A stretch of 64,000 nucleotides of DNA. Source: Heteronotia binoei. Its lineage: Eukaryota. Of the stretch, positions 50,611-63,095 are shown in pieces. The DNA lies in contig NC_083224.1 in the NCBI RefSeq assembly GCF_032191835.1, positions 160,456,001-160,520,000 of the forward strand. The letters run 5' to 3'. Made by a program: the position numbers and the translations under genes. Within the stretch, counting starts at the first letter, position 1; every line of letters starts with the position of its first letter. The notes under the pieces are model-generated. The model was given only the letters and a program-made list of their open reading frames with translations, was not told the origin of the DNA and searched no databases.

Positions 50611-51234
50611 GAGAACATTATGATGCTACTGCAGACAGATAGACAAATAATAGTATCTTTGTTTACTTTTCAATCCCATTCTGAGTGAGAGAGTTTCGAC
50701 TAAGATTGTTTTTAATTGGTGCTGTTTTGCTCCAGTTCTGCTACTGTATTTAAATGTCTTGTATATTAATGGTCACCATGGCATATAATTTTGGGAGATT
50801 GTTATTTGCCTTATTTCTAGGGGGAGGAGATAATATGCTTATGATTGTATAATTTATTCATTTTATTAAAACATTTAAAAAACCACTTTACGTCTAATGT
50901 AGGCCTTCAAGGAAGCTTTCAACCAGAATGTGAAACAATCTGTAACATTCACAGTTATAGTAAAAAGATTTAAAAGGAATGTGCAATCGGTATAAAAAGA
51001 GTTCTAAAATCCCATGCCTCATTATGAACACATTTTTAACTAGTGTCTAATGGAAAATGAAATAGATGCCTGATAAATATATGTGAGGAAGGTATTTTAA
51101 AGTTTTAATGCATCGTGGGGAATCCCCAGTTTTTAGTTGCTGCCCCCCCACCCCCTGTTCTGGAGATTGGAAAACCTAAAATAGGGCCTCAGCAGAAGAC
51201 CATAAAGTATGATGGTGATCTAATACAAGATTGT

Positions 51235-51480
51235 TTAGGTATTTGAAGAAGCTGGTAAAAGAGCTTTAAGGGCTGACAAGATGTGATCAGATTTGTGAAT
51301 ACCCATTAATACCTTCACTGCTGCATTCTGAATAAGGTGAAGTTTCTGAATGCTTAGTCTACCTATAACGCAAGGCAACAAGTCTAACTTGGACATTACT
51401 AAAATGTGTCTAGCAATAGCAAGATCAGGTTTTCTCAGGGAGATTCCCATGTGGTATGTCATGTGAAGTGCTGAAGGTTG
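51235..51480 (-). mobile_element. Old L2 ORF2 C-terminal fragment
   Basis: The minus frame HILVMSKLD...IQKLHLIQNAAVKVLMGIHKSDHI resembles the L2 motif KLQLVQNAAARLL..K.DHI. Confidence 0.7.
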
Positions 51481-52186
51481 CTGTAAGCCTCAAACACTTG
51501 AGTATTCAACTGTGGGGCTGTATCTAATAACATTCATAAGCTTTGATTTGATCTTGGGCTGAGGAGTCATAAGGAGTATCCCCCAGTCTGGCAATGATGT
51601 GCACAAATGGCTAGATCTGCTGATGCTTTCGAAGTTCTTTTACAAACTTGGAAGGGATAGTGAAAATCCAGATAGAGTTAAATCAGAAATAAGGTTTAAT
51701 AAATAAAATCACAAAAGCAGTTGGCCTGGACAATAAGCAAATACAAGTTGTCACAACTGTAAGTATACAACAATAATTTGCAACTCTAGAATGCCCACAT
51801 CTAGTTGTGTGTACAGAAATGACACCTGTTGCAGCCACCCTTTGGAACTACTTCTCTCTTGAACAAGGCTGAAAGTCATAAATCCACTTCTGAATTGGAT
51901 TGGAGGTGCAATAACAAAGAAGATTCCTATGCATGTCTGTGATGAATGCTTGTAGATTTTTGATGATGATGATGATGACAACGACGCTTTAAGCATACCT
52001 TGTCCTTAGCCACAATGTCCCATCTTTCTAGGTTTCTATCTCAGAGGAGCGTCATCAGTAGAAGACTCTCTTGGCATTTTGTGGCCATTTTAAATTTTAT
52101 ATATTTTAATCTGGTTTTAACTGTTGATTGTTTACAGAAAGGGTGGACTGTAAATAGAATAAAATAAACAACTGTACGTTATATAG

Positions 52187-52260
52187 TCAATCAATCAATC
52201 AACATTTTATTTATATCCCGCCCTCCCCGCCGAGGCAGGCTCAGGGCGGCTAACAACATC
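52187..52260 (-). mobile_element. L2-family extreme 3' end with (TCAA)n tail
   Basis: tcaatcaatcaatc..ttttatttatatcccgccctccccgccgaggcaggctcagggcggctaacaac. Confidence 0.75.
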
Positions 52261-53190
52261 AAATACAGTAAATTATACAATAAAAGATAATAGTGAAAGT
52301 TAATGGAATGGTGAAAGATAATGGAAAGATATAGGAAAATAGTGAAAGATAATGGAATGGTTCCAACTAATACACTAAAATTCCTGGTAGGCCAACCCTT
52401 TTAATATCCAACAAAGATATTCTGAATCTTAGAATTCCTTTGAATCATGTTTAGGATTTTGCATGATACATGCTGAGTAAAGAATACATGATCCATGTGA
52501 AAGAAGATAAAAAGGTTTTATTGTGATATTCAATAGAAATTAAAACAGTTTGCTGCTCATAAAATCAAAAAAACTTGACATGAACATGATCTGTGCACAA
52601 AAAGGGAGCAGGTATTTCCTCTTATCAGAAGTATTCCCTGGAAATAACAGCCATTTTAATTTCAGGATGTGAAAACACAAGACATTGGAAAATGAGGAGA
52701 GATTTTAGTATATAGTGCAGTGAGGGAAAGATGGATGTTCGTAGGTATTATCTTTCAATTGTATGCTTTGTAATATACTACAGCTGGGCTGTATTATCAG
52801 GCTTGGTCTGCTTAGAAGTGCCATCAGATTCTCTCATGGGCAGCACAGGTTGCACTAGTTGACTCAGTCATGGTTATATGCATTTATTTAAAGAGATGCC
52901 ACACCACATGCCTGCCATCCACCTGTCATGATGATTCTGAGGTAGCTCAGTTGATCAGAAGGTAGAAGGTTTCATCACCTGAGCATGCCATATTGGCCAC
53001 CAGGTGTTTGGCTACCTGATCTTGCCATCTTTCTGGTCATTGTTTTATTTCTGCTGCAGATGCATCTTTCATTTTCATTTTTTTAATAACAATCATCTTC
53101 ATTTATTTTGATATGTCTAATTAATTATCCTGTGGTCTAGATTTGTTTATTTTAATACTCTACCTATAGTGATCTTTTTTCCCCTTTTGC

Positions 53191-53375
53191 TGTCAAGTTG
53201 CAGCTGACTTATGGTGACCCTGTAGGGTTTTCAAGGCAAGAGGTGGTTTGCCATTGCCTGCTTCTGTATAGTGACCCTGGTACATCTTAGTGGTCTCCCA
53301 TCCAAATACTGACCAGGCCCAACCCTGTGTAGCTTCTGATGAGATCAGGCTAGTCTGGGTTATCCAGGTCAGAGC
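53191..53375 (-). mobile_element. 5S rRNA-derived SINE with Sauria/RTE-type tail
   Basis: Reverse complement cctgatctcatcagaagctacacagggttgggcctggtcagtatttggatgggagacc resembles the 5S internal control region. It is followed by ggcaatggcaaaccacc..gccttgaaaacccta. Confidence 0.8.
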
Positions 53376-55137
53376 ATTACTGATCCACAGCTGTTTTATT
53401 CTATTTAATTTTCCACAGTTAATTTGTTTTTTGTTGATTGTCTTTCCCCCTTTCTTATGGTCTACATTTGCCATCCATTTCCCTTCATGATTAAGTTTAA
53501 ATTGTTATATAAGTCTTCATCAAAGTTTTATGTGCAAATAAAACAAGATGGAGGAGCTGGTATGCATGGTATTAAATGAGTGGCATTTCAGAAACGTGTT
53601 AGAATGGGAAAAATCAATGGAATACAGGTATCCTGGAATATAAACGCTATAGAAAATACAGGGAAAGATGTATTGTGTGTGCTGTTGCACTTTATGCAAA
53701 AGAGGGTATGGAGTCGTGATTACTCTTTCTCACAAAAACACTATGAGTGGAGATATCAGGCCTATTAAAAAACAGAAAACTGGCTGTACTATTACCTAAC
53801 TGGCCAGAACTCTGAGGATGATCTTGAGATGAATATAGAAAAATAGGAGGTGGACCAAAGTTGGAAATATTGAAATAAGGGTGAGTTTACCCTCACATTA
53901 ATTTAGTAAATGCATTCTCAATTTGGCTTAAAGAGACAAAATTTCTCACTATCATAGATGATTGTGCCTTGAAAAAGTCATGGAGAGGGTACCCCAGACT
54001 GGATCCTGAATGGCTCCTCAGACCCAACGCAAACATTCCTGAACCAGTGAGGAGCAGTGTAATCAGCTCAGCCTTTTATATAAAGTAGTATTGTTCTGCA
54101 TTTTATATAATAAAAGGTTGTTCAGAATGTCGAGCATGATCTCACATGATTTCAGAAAAAGAAACTTCTCATAAATGAGTGGCTTAGTGAAAAAGAAGCT
54201 GAAAGTAAAGAGAGTCAAACCTTTTTTGGTATGACTGGAAACTATTTAATTCTATGGTAATGAAAGCTCAGAATGCTCAGAATGTCTATGACAAATCAAG
54301 AAATATACACTCACACAACTAAGAAGATGCTAGTGGGTTAAACCAGCAGAGTCAAGAAACCTATAGACTTGTGCCTGGAGTTGGGACCAGCCCATGGGGC
54401 ACGGAGAAGGATGACACAGACGCACCTGTGAGGACCTGATTACACATTCCTCAGGTCTTAGCACAGCATATACTAGGACCAGTGGGTGCAGCTCAACTGC
54501 TGTCGGCACCTTCCCCAACCTGCCTGTTGGGTTAATCATGGGTGGAGTGCTGGTATTAGGGCTGGAAGCTGTGGGAGCTGTTATTCCTCGCTACCACCAT
54601 CCTCCTGGCAGGTGTGGCCAGCCCCAAGATTTGCTGTCCTGTGCCCCACCCCAGAGCCCTTTAAGGGGACTCCCCTTTTGGTCATGCAGAGAACCTACAA
54701 AGCACAACCTGTTCTCCAGCCAATGTCAAATGGCAGCAGCCAGTTATGATGGTTCTGTTCTTTTTAGCAGTGTAAATAAACATACATAGTAAATATATTC
54801 TTTGCTATGGGGAAGGCATATGTGATGGGCTGACGTGTGGTCTGCAGGAAGCTGCTTGAGAGCTGATTGACTGACAGCTGATGCTGGGCCCAGTTGCCCC
54901 AAATCATCCTTGCTCCCCACCCCCTCCACCCAGGCACAAATGCTTCTCTGTAGCCCATGGTTGGGAAGTCTTTCCCAAATGAGAACAAGATGAGCACAGG
55001 TTCTGGCAAAAATATATATTTGACTTGATTAAAAATTACAGATTTAGTTATGCGGCGTTACTGCAGACAACAGTGATTTTGTAATAAAAGTGTAAAGATT
55101 GTAGCAGCCTATTTACTTTCATAGCCTGTTTACTATT

Positions 55138-55402
55138 GAGAGCCAGCTTGGTATAGTGATTAAGAGTGGTGGACTTTAATCTGGAGAACCAAGTTTGATT
55201 TCCCCACTCCTCCACTTGCAGCTGGCTGGATGATCTTGGATCAGCCACAGTTCTCTCAGAGGTGTTCTCTCAAGAGCAGTTCTTGAAAGAGCTCTCTCAC
55301 TTACTTCACAGGGTGTCTGTTGTGCAAAGAGGAAGGGACAAAAATTGTAAACCACTCTGAGACTCCCAAGTGAAGGGCAGGCTATAAATGTAACTCTTCT
55401 TC
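55138..55402 (+). mobile_element. tRNA-derived SINE with L2-like tail
   Basis: gagagccagcttggtatagtgattaagagtggtggactttaatctggagaaccaagtttgatt ... cacagggtgtctgttgtg ... ataaatgtaactcttcttc. Confidence 0.85.
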
Positions 55403-55472
55403 ATATTTGCAGTTTCTAATATATTTGTTCACTTGAAGAATAAGAATTTTTAAAAGTAACATCTGCTTGTCT

Positions 55473-55681
55473 GAACATATGAAGCTGCCTTATACTGAAT
55501 CAAGCCCTTGGTCCATCAGAGTCAGTATTGTCTATTCAGACTGGCAGTGGCTCTCCAGGATCTCAAGCTGAAATTTTTCACACCAATTTGCCTGGACCCT
55601 TTTTTGGAGATGCCAGGGATTGAACCTGGGACCTTCTGCTTACCAAGCAAATGCTCTACCAAAGAGCTACCATCCCTCTCC
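55473..55681 (-). mobile_element. Squam3-like tRNA-derived SINE
   Basis: Colinear with the 13673-13894 copy. Confidence 0.88.
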
Positions 55682-58072
55682 AGTCTGTTAAACTGTTAGC
55701 AGTGTGTGCATGTGTGTAACAACAAAAGAAAAAATATATGGATGCAGACAAATATTAATATAGTTATTTAGTAATAATTACATTTTTGACTCAAGCTTCA
55801 ACATACTGTTACAGACTTTGGCAAATATTCTTTGGTTCTAGGAGCCAGCCCGAAAATTAGAACCAGGCTCATTTTTCAGCCTTCAGGTTTTTGTATTTTA
55901 ATGTCAACAGTTTCTCACTATTGCTATCACAAAGCCTATCACTGTGTCCTTCACAGTTTCTCATAATTTTATTCAAGCTATAATATAAAAAAAGCATTGT
56001 TATCAAAACCTCATTATAAAATAATTGTGGAAAATACTAGACGCCACAATGAAATTTCCTGGCCTCTGGGATTTGTTAACCTCTGCACTACTATATTGTT
56101 TGATATCGCTACCCCCAGTATGCTTGCTTACTTTTGAAATTGTCTCTTAGAACCCCTAACGAATGACAAGTCTGCTTAAGCCAAATCTTTATTTTGCTCT
56201 AAATGGTAGCTGTTTTTGTTGTTATAAATATGGAAATGAATGCTGTGGAAGATGCTCAGCACTTAGGACAGAAAGACAATTAGATCTTTAGCTTTTAATT
56301 TCTTTTTTGTCAAGTTGTGAGTAAAACCTTTTTGTGAGCAATCTTATGACTTTTTCAAAAATGTGGGTGGTTTTCTCTTTCTCTTTTTTGCGCAAAAGCT
56401 TCAGTATCTTTTTCTTGGCTTTATCTTTTTCTTGGCTAACTTTCTGAGAGCATGCCAGACTTTTTTTTTAAGTTTTGTATAAATCAAGGTAGCTGTTTAT
56501 ATACTTTATAATCTTCTAATGATATATGTTTTTTAAGCAAGGTGGTTTGTTTAATGTATTACAGTTGATTTTTTCCTTCATGCTTTATCATGAAGAATTA
56601 TGCATTTATCAAGCTTAATGTTTATTTTCCGTCCAAGACGGTTCACAAATTAGCAAGTAGTTTTCTGTGCTTATTTTCTTGATAAGTTTTGTTATTAATA
56701 TATGTGGTCATGGTTCTACCATCTTCCTCTGACCACATCTTTTGACCTTGACTGCAAAACTTCAGTAGACTTAATAGTTTTTGGATTAGCTTGCTAACAC
56801 AGAGAGGCAAAGCAAGGATGGGAAGGGTAAAGTTGCGTCTCCATTTGTTATCTGTCTGCCTGCATTTCAGAAGAGTACTGAATCTTAACACTGTTCTCCC
56901 CAACCCCCCAGGTTTCCTCCTCCAGCTTCCTTTATCCCTGATTTAACAGTCCTTTACATTTTGAAAATCAGAAAAATAGCTTATGACTTATTTAATGAAG
57001 TACTTTTATGATCCATTTTAGACAACTTTTCCACGTTGAGTTTTCCAGTTTCTCTGTATACCTGGATCACCCTTGGAAGTGGTTGTACTAACTAATGATC
57101 ATTGTGGCTTCCTTGGGAAGCAGCTGAAAATATGGAGCATTGGACACAAAGTACCACAAGGGATAGGAGCTTTCCAACTGGGACTTCGTTACCTTTTTGA
57201 TATCCCACAGTTCACTCTTCCCACACACAAACAAAGTGCCAAAAGTTCCTGTGATCAGGGGATCCCTTATGAACAGCGTAGGGAAGAATTGACAAAAATG
57301 CCCCTTTTCTCTCAATTAAAAAGGCTAGTCTGCTAGCTTAAATAATATTATTTGCCTCTAACATGGAGCTTTCAGGAATCTATCCTTTCAGTCCTCCTCT
57401 CATCTATGCCCATTTGTTTTACAAAAAAAAGATATTATTATTATTATTAGAATGGAAGAAATGATTCTAGCCCTATTCTTTTAAGGAACAATGATATTTC
57501 CTCTGTTAGCCCTGAATTGGTTTTGTTTTTGATAGAATTGTGTAGGTTTAGCTAATGCTTCTTGCTGAAGACAATCATTCCATCTGAGACAATGCATCAG
57601 AGTTATTTACAATTATGTTAAGGAGCTTGCTTAAAATGTGAATGCAGCTTAAATGGAATGGCTCCTGCTGTGCCCAGCAGTCCATTAAAAGAAGTTGGGG
57701 AGGGATACGATTCTATAGCAACTGTTGTTATAAAGAACAGCTATCTTGTTTGGCCATAGATTTTTGTGGTCTGAGTATTAGTGGTGTACTCTTCGGCTCA
57801 GAATCCCTACTAGGGCTTGATCGAACATACTTTGAAAGGATGATGTAAATCAATACTAAAAGGGCTATTAGAACATGCATCCACTATCAACATAAAATTC
57901 CTCTATGCTCCATCATAAACATTGTAAAATTGTTAGATGGTTTAAAAAAAACTGCAAAATTTAGTAGATGCAATGAGATTACTATAAACTTTCCAGAGAC
58001 TTTGAAACTATACTAAAATCCTTTTGGAAGTTTTGGTTTTCCTTGCATTTAAAAGTTAACAATTATATATAG

Positions 58073-58208
58073 CAGGGGTGGCCAACGGTAGCTCTCCAGA
58101 TGTTTTTTGCCTACAACTCCCATCAGCCCCAGCTAGCATGGCCAGTGGCTGGGGCTGATGGGAGTTGTAGGCAAAAAACATCTGGAGAGCTACCATTGGC
58201 CACCCCTG
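58073..58208. mobile_element. Fold-back (palindromic) hAT MITE, 136 bp
   Basis: caggggtggccaacggtagctctccagatgttttttgcctacaactcccatcagccccag pairs almost completely with ctggggctgatgggagttgtaggcaaaaaacatctggagagctaccattggccacccctg. Flanks are atatatag and gtatataa. Confidence 0.9.
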
Positions 58209-58416
58209 GTATATAAATAAGAACCATAGCCAGTCTGTTCTCAACACAAAATTACTTCTTCTGATGTTTTTTAGTTCTTCCTGTACTGGGGATTCAACAA
58301 GTGCCCAGATGGCTTAAAAAATATTAATTCATATTATTAACAGTAACATGGTTATGTAGAAAATTATTGGCAAAAATAAGACAGTAGGAGGATCATCACT
58401 GGCTGTGGTGAGGTGG

Positions 58417-58603
58417 GTGACTAGAGTGGTGTGGCATAGTGTGGGGCTAAGATCTGAGAGACCCAGGAATGAATCCCTATTCTGCTGTGCTGCTCACTGA
58501 ATGACCATGGACTGGTAGGTTTCTTTCAGTCTAATCCGTTTTACAAAGCTGTTGTAAGGATGCAATGGAGGAGGTGGAGAGTGATGCAGGCTGCTTTGAG
58601 TCT
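58417..58603 (+). mobile_element. Old MIR-like SINE just upstream of the exon acceptor
   Basis: Degenerate head (gtggtgtggcatagtg..ctaagatctgagagacccagg) and a tgttgtaaggat...gctgctttgag 3' part. Confidence 0.55.
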
Positions 58604-58636
58604 CAATTCCTAATTCTTCATTTTCTCTCAATTTAG

Positions 58637-58738
58637 GGAGAACCTGTAACTTTCTGTGAAGAAAGTTTTGTCAGGCATCGTTCCAGTGCTACAAAACAGT
58701 TTTTGGAAACTGCGGTGAATCTTCAGCTTTTTAAACAG
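58637..58738 (+). CDS. DENND1B: DENND1B internal coding exon (dDENN), 102 nt, GEPVTFCEESFVRHRSSATKQFLETAVNLQLFKQ
   Basis: Acceptor ttttctctcaatttAG and donor CAG|GTACTG, phase 0, joins YKP|GEP. FCEESF...QFLETAxNLQLFKQ matches DENND1B. Confidence 0.95.
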
Positions 58739-61700
58739 GTACTGTAGAACTTGCAGGTTTTCATTCTCTTCTAAAGTGCATTGGATATGCATGTTTAAGA
58801 ATAGATATAAGGTTTCTATGAAGCATTTTTATGAAATATGCTTTGTTACATATATCTGAAAAGATTTTGCTTGAGTAATCAAATGTAAGCAAAATTTATA
58901 TTTGTGTCTTCATCTTGTATTCAGAAGTCTCTTTTCAGTTGCTCTACTGAATTCACCTCTATCCAGCTGCCTCTTCTCCAAGAATGCTTGTTTGTAATTG
59001 GTCTCCGTTCAAGGTTGCTTGAACCTGAGGGTAATCCTGTATTCACTATTAAAATACTGTTAGTAGTATTACTAAGTGGAGACCCTTGAAGGAAAGAGGA
59101 AGGACTGTTTACCATCCCACTCCTGCTGCTTCCGTTACCTGGGCCTCCTTCTCATGGTGCCAATGACTAGCATCAGTGTTACACTTCATCACTATGGCAA
59201 CCTAAACTTCTGCCTGTCTCTCCCCTCATCTGCATATGCACTGATATTGCTCAAAATATATTTGGAGGACTTTGCCTCTCTCAAATAGGTATTTTCCCTT
59301 GGGTTTGCAGAATCCTAAATTACAGCCTTAGCGGGTCCCATTATGTGGATTTTTTGGTGGTTTGCACAATAGCCAAAAGTTGTCTATTTAGATTAAATGC
59401 ATATATAGTGCTATCACCGTGCATGGTACTTTACAAAGTACATGACGATTGGTCCTTACTCTGAGGAGTTTTCAGTCTAAAATTTTACACTGGAGAGACA
59501 ACAAAGGGGCTGAAAGCAGATGGAGGCAATAGGTCTCAACATTGAACATTTGAGTAGCATGATCAAGCATTCACAGAGGATGCAAGTTGGTATTACACTG
59601 GGGAATAAACATATATTGACGGATCAGTGACTCCCTATGTGCGTAACTTCTTCTAACTTTCCATAACATGATTTTTGAAAGATACAGTATTCATTTTGTT
59701 TTCTCCCCCCACCCCCATCTCAAATATTAAATTTGCAACTCTGTGAACTGCCTATCCTAGATGCTTGAGCAGAAGCTTGGCACAAAAAGCCAGGTGTGCT
59801 TCTAGCTTCCTGGTCTCAGAGGCCTGCCCCAGTTCTGCACTGGACACAATACTGCCAGTGTCCAGTGTCAATTGTCATCCATTTCTTTGGAGCATGTGAA
59901 TGAATATTGACCAAAGTGCCATAAGACCTGGTCCTCTCCTCTTTGAAGGAAACTGACCCTTAAAGGGTTGCTCTTAAGGAAGTGGTGAAAGCAAAATAGT
60001 GTAAGTATGGCCAAGATACCCTGCATGAACATTGCAACTAAACTACATGACAAAAAGGTAAACAAATCTTCGATTAAAACAACTAACATCTTAGGCAGAG
60101 GAAGTCACACTTAGTGGAGCTGCTAGTTCTCTTTGAAGATATACTGCCATGATAGAGAAGTGAAATGTGCAGGTTAGTGGGCAGTGCTCATAAGAAAAAT
60201 GACAAGGTTCTCCCTCTGAGATTAACTGGTGGATATAGACATTTATGCCAAGCAAGTGAAATATGGCTGCTGCTAATTAGATGGTATACAGTAGAAATAA
60301 TACTATCTTGTAAGAGGCAAAGAAGGATTTAAAAAAAAATTAAGCCAATGTACTGTTGCTGTTTCAGTTCGTATTTTGCATCATTCCTCCTGATTCACCT
60401 CTATCCAGCTGCCTCTTCTCCAAGAATGCTTGTTTGTAATTGGTCTCCGTTCAAGGTTGCTTGAACCTGAAAAGGGGTGAACTGAAAACTTTGCTGTAAA
60501 TTCAATGGAGAAATATATTTTTAGAAAATATATTATGTAAAAATAACTGAAAAGACTATACCAGAACACTAGATAGATTAGTAGAAAGTAGTTTTCATTA
60601 TCATTGTTTTGGAAAACTTATGACTTCCAAATATATGGTCTTCACAAAAAGTTATAGCACCATTATATTAACTAGGAAATAGAAGGCTTTGGATAAGATT
60701 GGATATTCCACACAAATAGTTAAATCACCTGTGAACTCTCAGCTTCCCAGCTCTCATCAAAGCTCACCTACACAGACATGGGAAGGATTGCAAAAATGTA
60801 TGATTAGGAAAGGGGGGAGAAGCACAAGGATATCTTTGTTGGCTCCAATGCAGGGGTCTCTCTCATTTCTCACTCAGTGTCGTGGAGTTCTTGTGAGGAT
60901 AAAAAAAGGGGGAAAGGACCTTGTATGCTGGAGGAAGAACAGAATAAAGATCAGATGATTCAAAAATAAAAGGAGTATAATAATATATTATAGGTATAAT
61001 TAACTCATCTGATCTATTTATCTTCTGATAGTCTGTCACCGATACTCATTAGGTCACACATATGGGACAACTGATGCTGTTCTTTTGCTGGATGTCTTCT
61101 GTTATATAAGCTGCCAGGAACAGCTCCATATCCCAATTCAGATATAGCTCAAAAAGCACTGCTTCAAAGCCACTAAGAGCAAATTTTCCAGAGAGTGATC
61201 ATGTGCCAAGACTGGTCAGTCCCATAATAAAGTTTCACAATCTAGAAGTTAATGGAGCACACATGAAAAAAATTAAAAGGGAAAACTAACAGTTGGATCC
61301 TTCACATTGGTTCTCCAAAAGGCAGTGACTTCCCATGATGCATGAGCTGTGGAAAGATCCTGCCATTAGCAGAGCAGATTCACAGGATTCAACATGTAAC
61401 ATACCCACTTGCAGAATTATTTCTCACAGTTAGGGCGACTGAGACCATATATATACACAACTCACTGTTGCTGTTCAGTGCCCCCTCTCACTTCAACAGG
61501 ACCTCCATTTGTATTGAAGTCCTCTTTTAATTTAATCTTTCACAGAAAACAAAAGCTTAACAGTTCAGTTTGGGTCTGTGTGATTTTGCCTAATGGTGAG
61601 GCTATTCATAAATCATCTGTGGGTTTTATAGCAAGGGATGAATTCTTTAACTTTCCGCAAACAGATAATGTCTTGTAGTTCAAAGAATGTTTTCTGCACA

Positions 61701-62899
61701 GTGGTAGCTAAAGGTGCTTTATCTCATACTTGCTGTGAAATAATCTAGTGATCCCATACAGCAGTCTGACCATGAACCAGGCCTTTTTGGAAAAGAGCCA
61801 GCTAGAATGGAGTGGGAAGAGTGTGAGCTGAAAAGGAGAGGAAATAATCACCTATGATAGTACGTGCTTTGCTGCTACTGCTGTCTCTGCATTTATCAAA
61901 TATCACACACACACAATTGTTCATATTTATAGAGCAGTTTGTTTCATGTCATCAGTCTTTTCATTGACAAACATCAGATTGCCACTGACAGGTCTGTTTG
62001 GATAATCTGTGATAGTGTATGACAGTCAGCCAAATAATTAATTTCTGTTGGCTCCTGTGTACTGTGTCAGTGAACCATGATTTAGTAGTAATTCATGTTG
62101 AAAAAAGCATAGTCAGTCCAATATTTTCTGTTTTTATCTCATACTTGGGCTACCTAGTCCTGACAAAAACAGATCGCTCCTTGAAAGCATTCTAAAAATG
62201 TTAGTGTCTGGGATTGGAATGGGATATGGAAGACATTTAGTTTTACTTCTTTAACTTAAGACTTCTAACAAATATTGTTGCTTCTTTGGGAGGCTGCATT
62301 ATATTCTTTTCCTTTGTAGTTCTAGCACTCTAAGCAAATAGGTGCTGTCTCTGACTTTTATGCCATGTGTATAAGCCTTATGGAAATATTGAAGGTATGT
62401 GGGAAAATAGTGTTTGTTTTTTTCTGGGAGAAGTGGAAATATATGCTTCTCTTTCTTTTCTATTATCCCTAAATTTATTGTGTTGTTTTTAAAACGTAAA
62501 ATGCATAATTTATAACTCAGTTTGTATATCTAATTGTACAGTTTGGCATATTAATGGAACATCTTTATATCTAATTCCAACCAGGCCATATCATGAAGAT
62601 TTTTAAAATATGCAAAATAGAGGCAGGGACAGACAGAAGGGATCTACAAACCTGAAATAATTTCAGGTTTGCAGAAAAATCTGAAATCTAACTCTCCCCT
62701 TCAAAAAAGGATTTAAAACTCCCCAGAATTATAAAAACAATGCCTGTAACTTTAAGATCACTTAGATTCCAGGGATCATTTTGGGGGGTTACTAGGCAAC
62801 TCAACAATGTCAGTATTTCTGGGAATTCCTTCAGGTTTGTAGCAAAATCTGTTCTGTCTGTCGCCTCCCTTTTTCTGGGTTTTTAGTGGCCTGATTTGA

Positions 62900-63095
62900 T
62901 GTTTTAATTATGGCTGTTTTAATTATGTATAGTTATAACAAATGTTTTATTTTAATTATATATTGTGAATTGTTAATTTAAAGTGTAATTTTATACTTTT
63001 ATGTTAGTTTTATATATGTTGTAAGCCGCCCTGAGCCACTCGATGGGAAGGGCGGGATATAAATCCCAGATAAATAAATAAATAAATAAATAAAT
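62900..63095 (+). mobile_element. L2-family 3' end with (TAAA)n tail
   Basis: AT-rich UTR, then ttgtaagccgccctgagcc..gggaagggcgggatataaat, then (ataa) repeats. Confidence 0.8.

Noticed and set aside
53290-53375. 5S rRNA gene
   Set aside because: Partial, diverged and fused to a retroposon tail.
57073-57336. 87-aa ORF as an unannotated exon or micro-gene
   Set aside because: Starts at a non-ATG codon, has no recognisable homology and no convincing splice-site pair.
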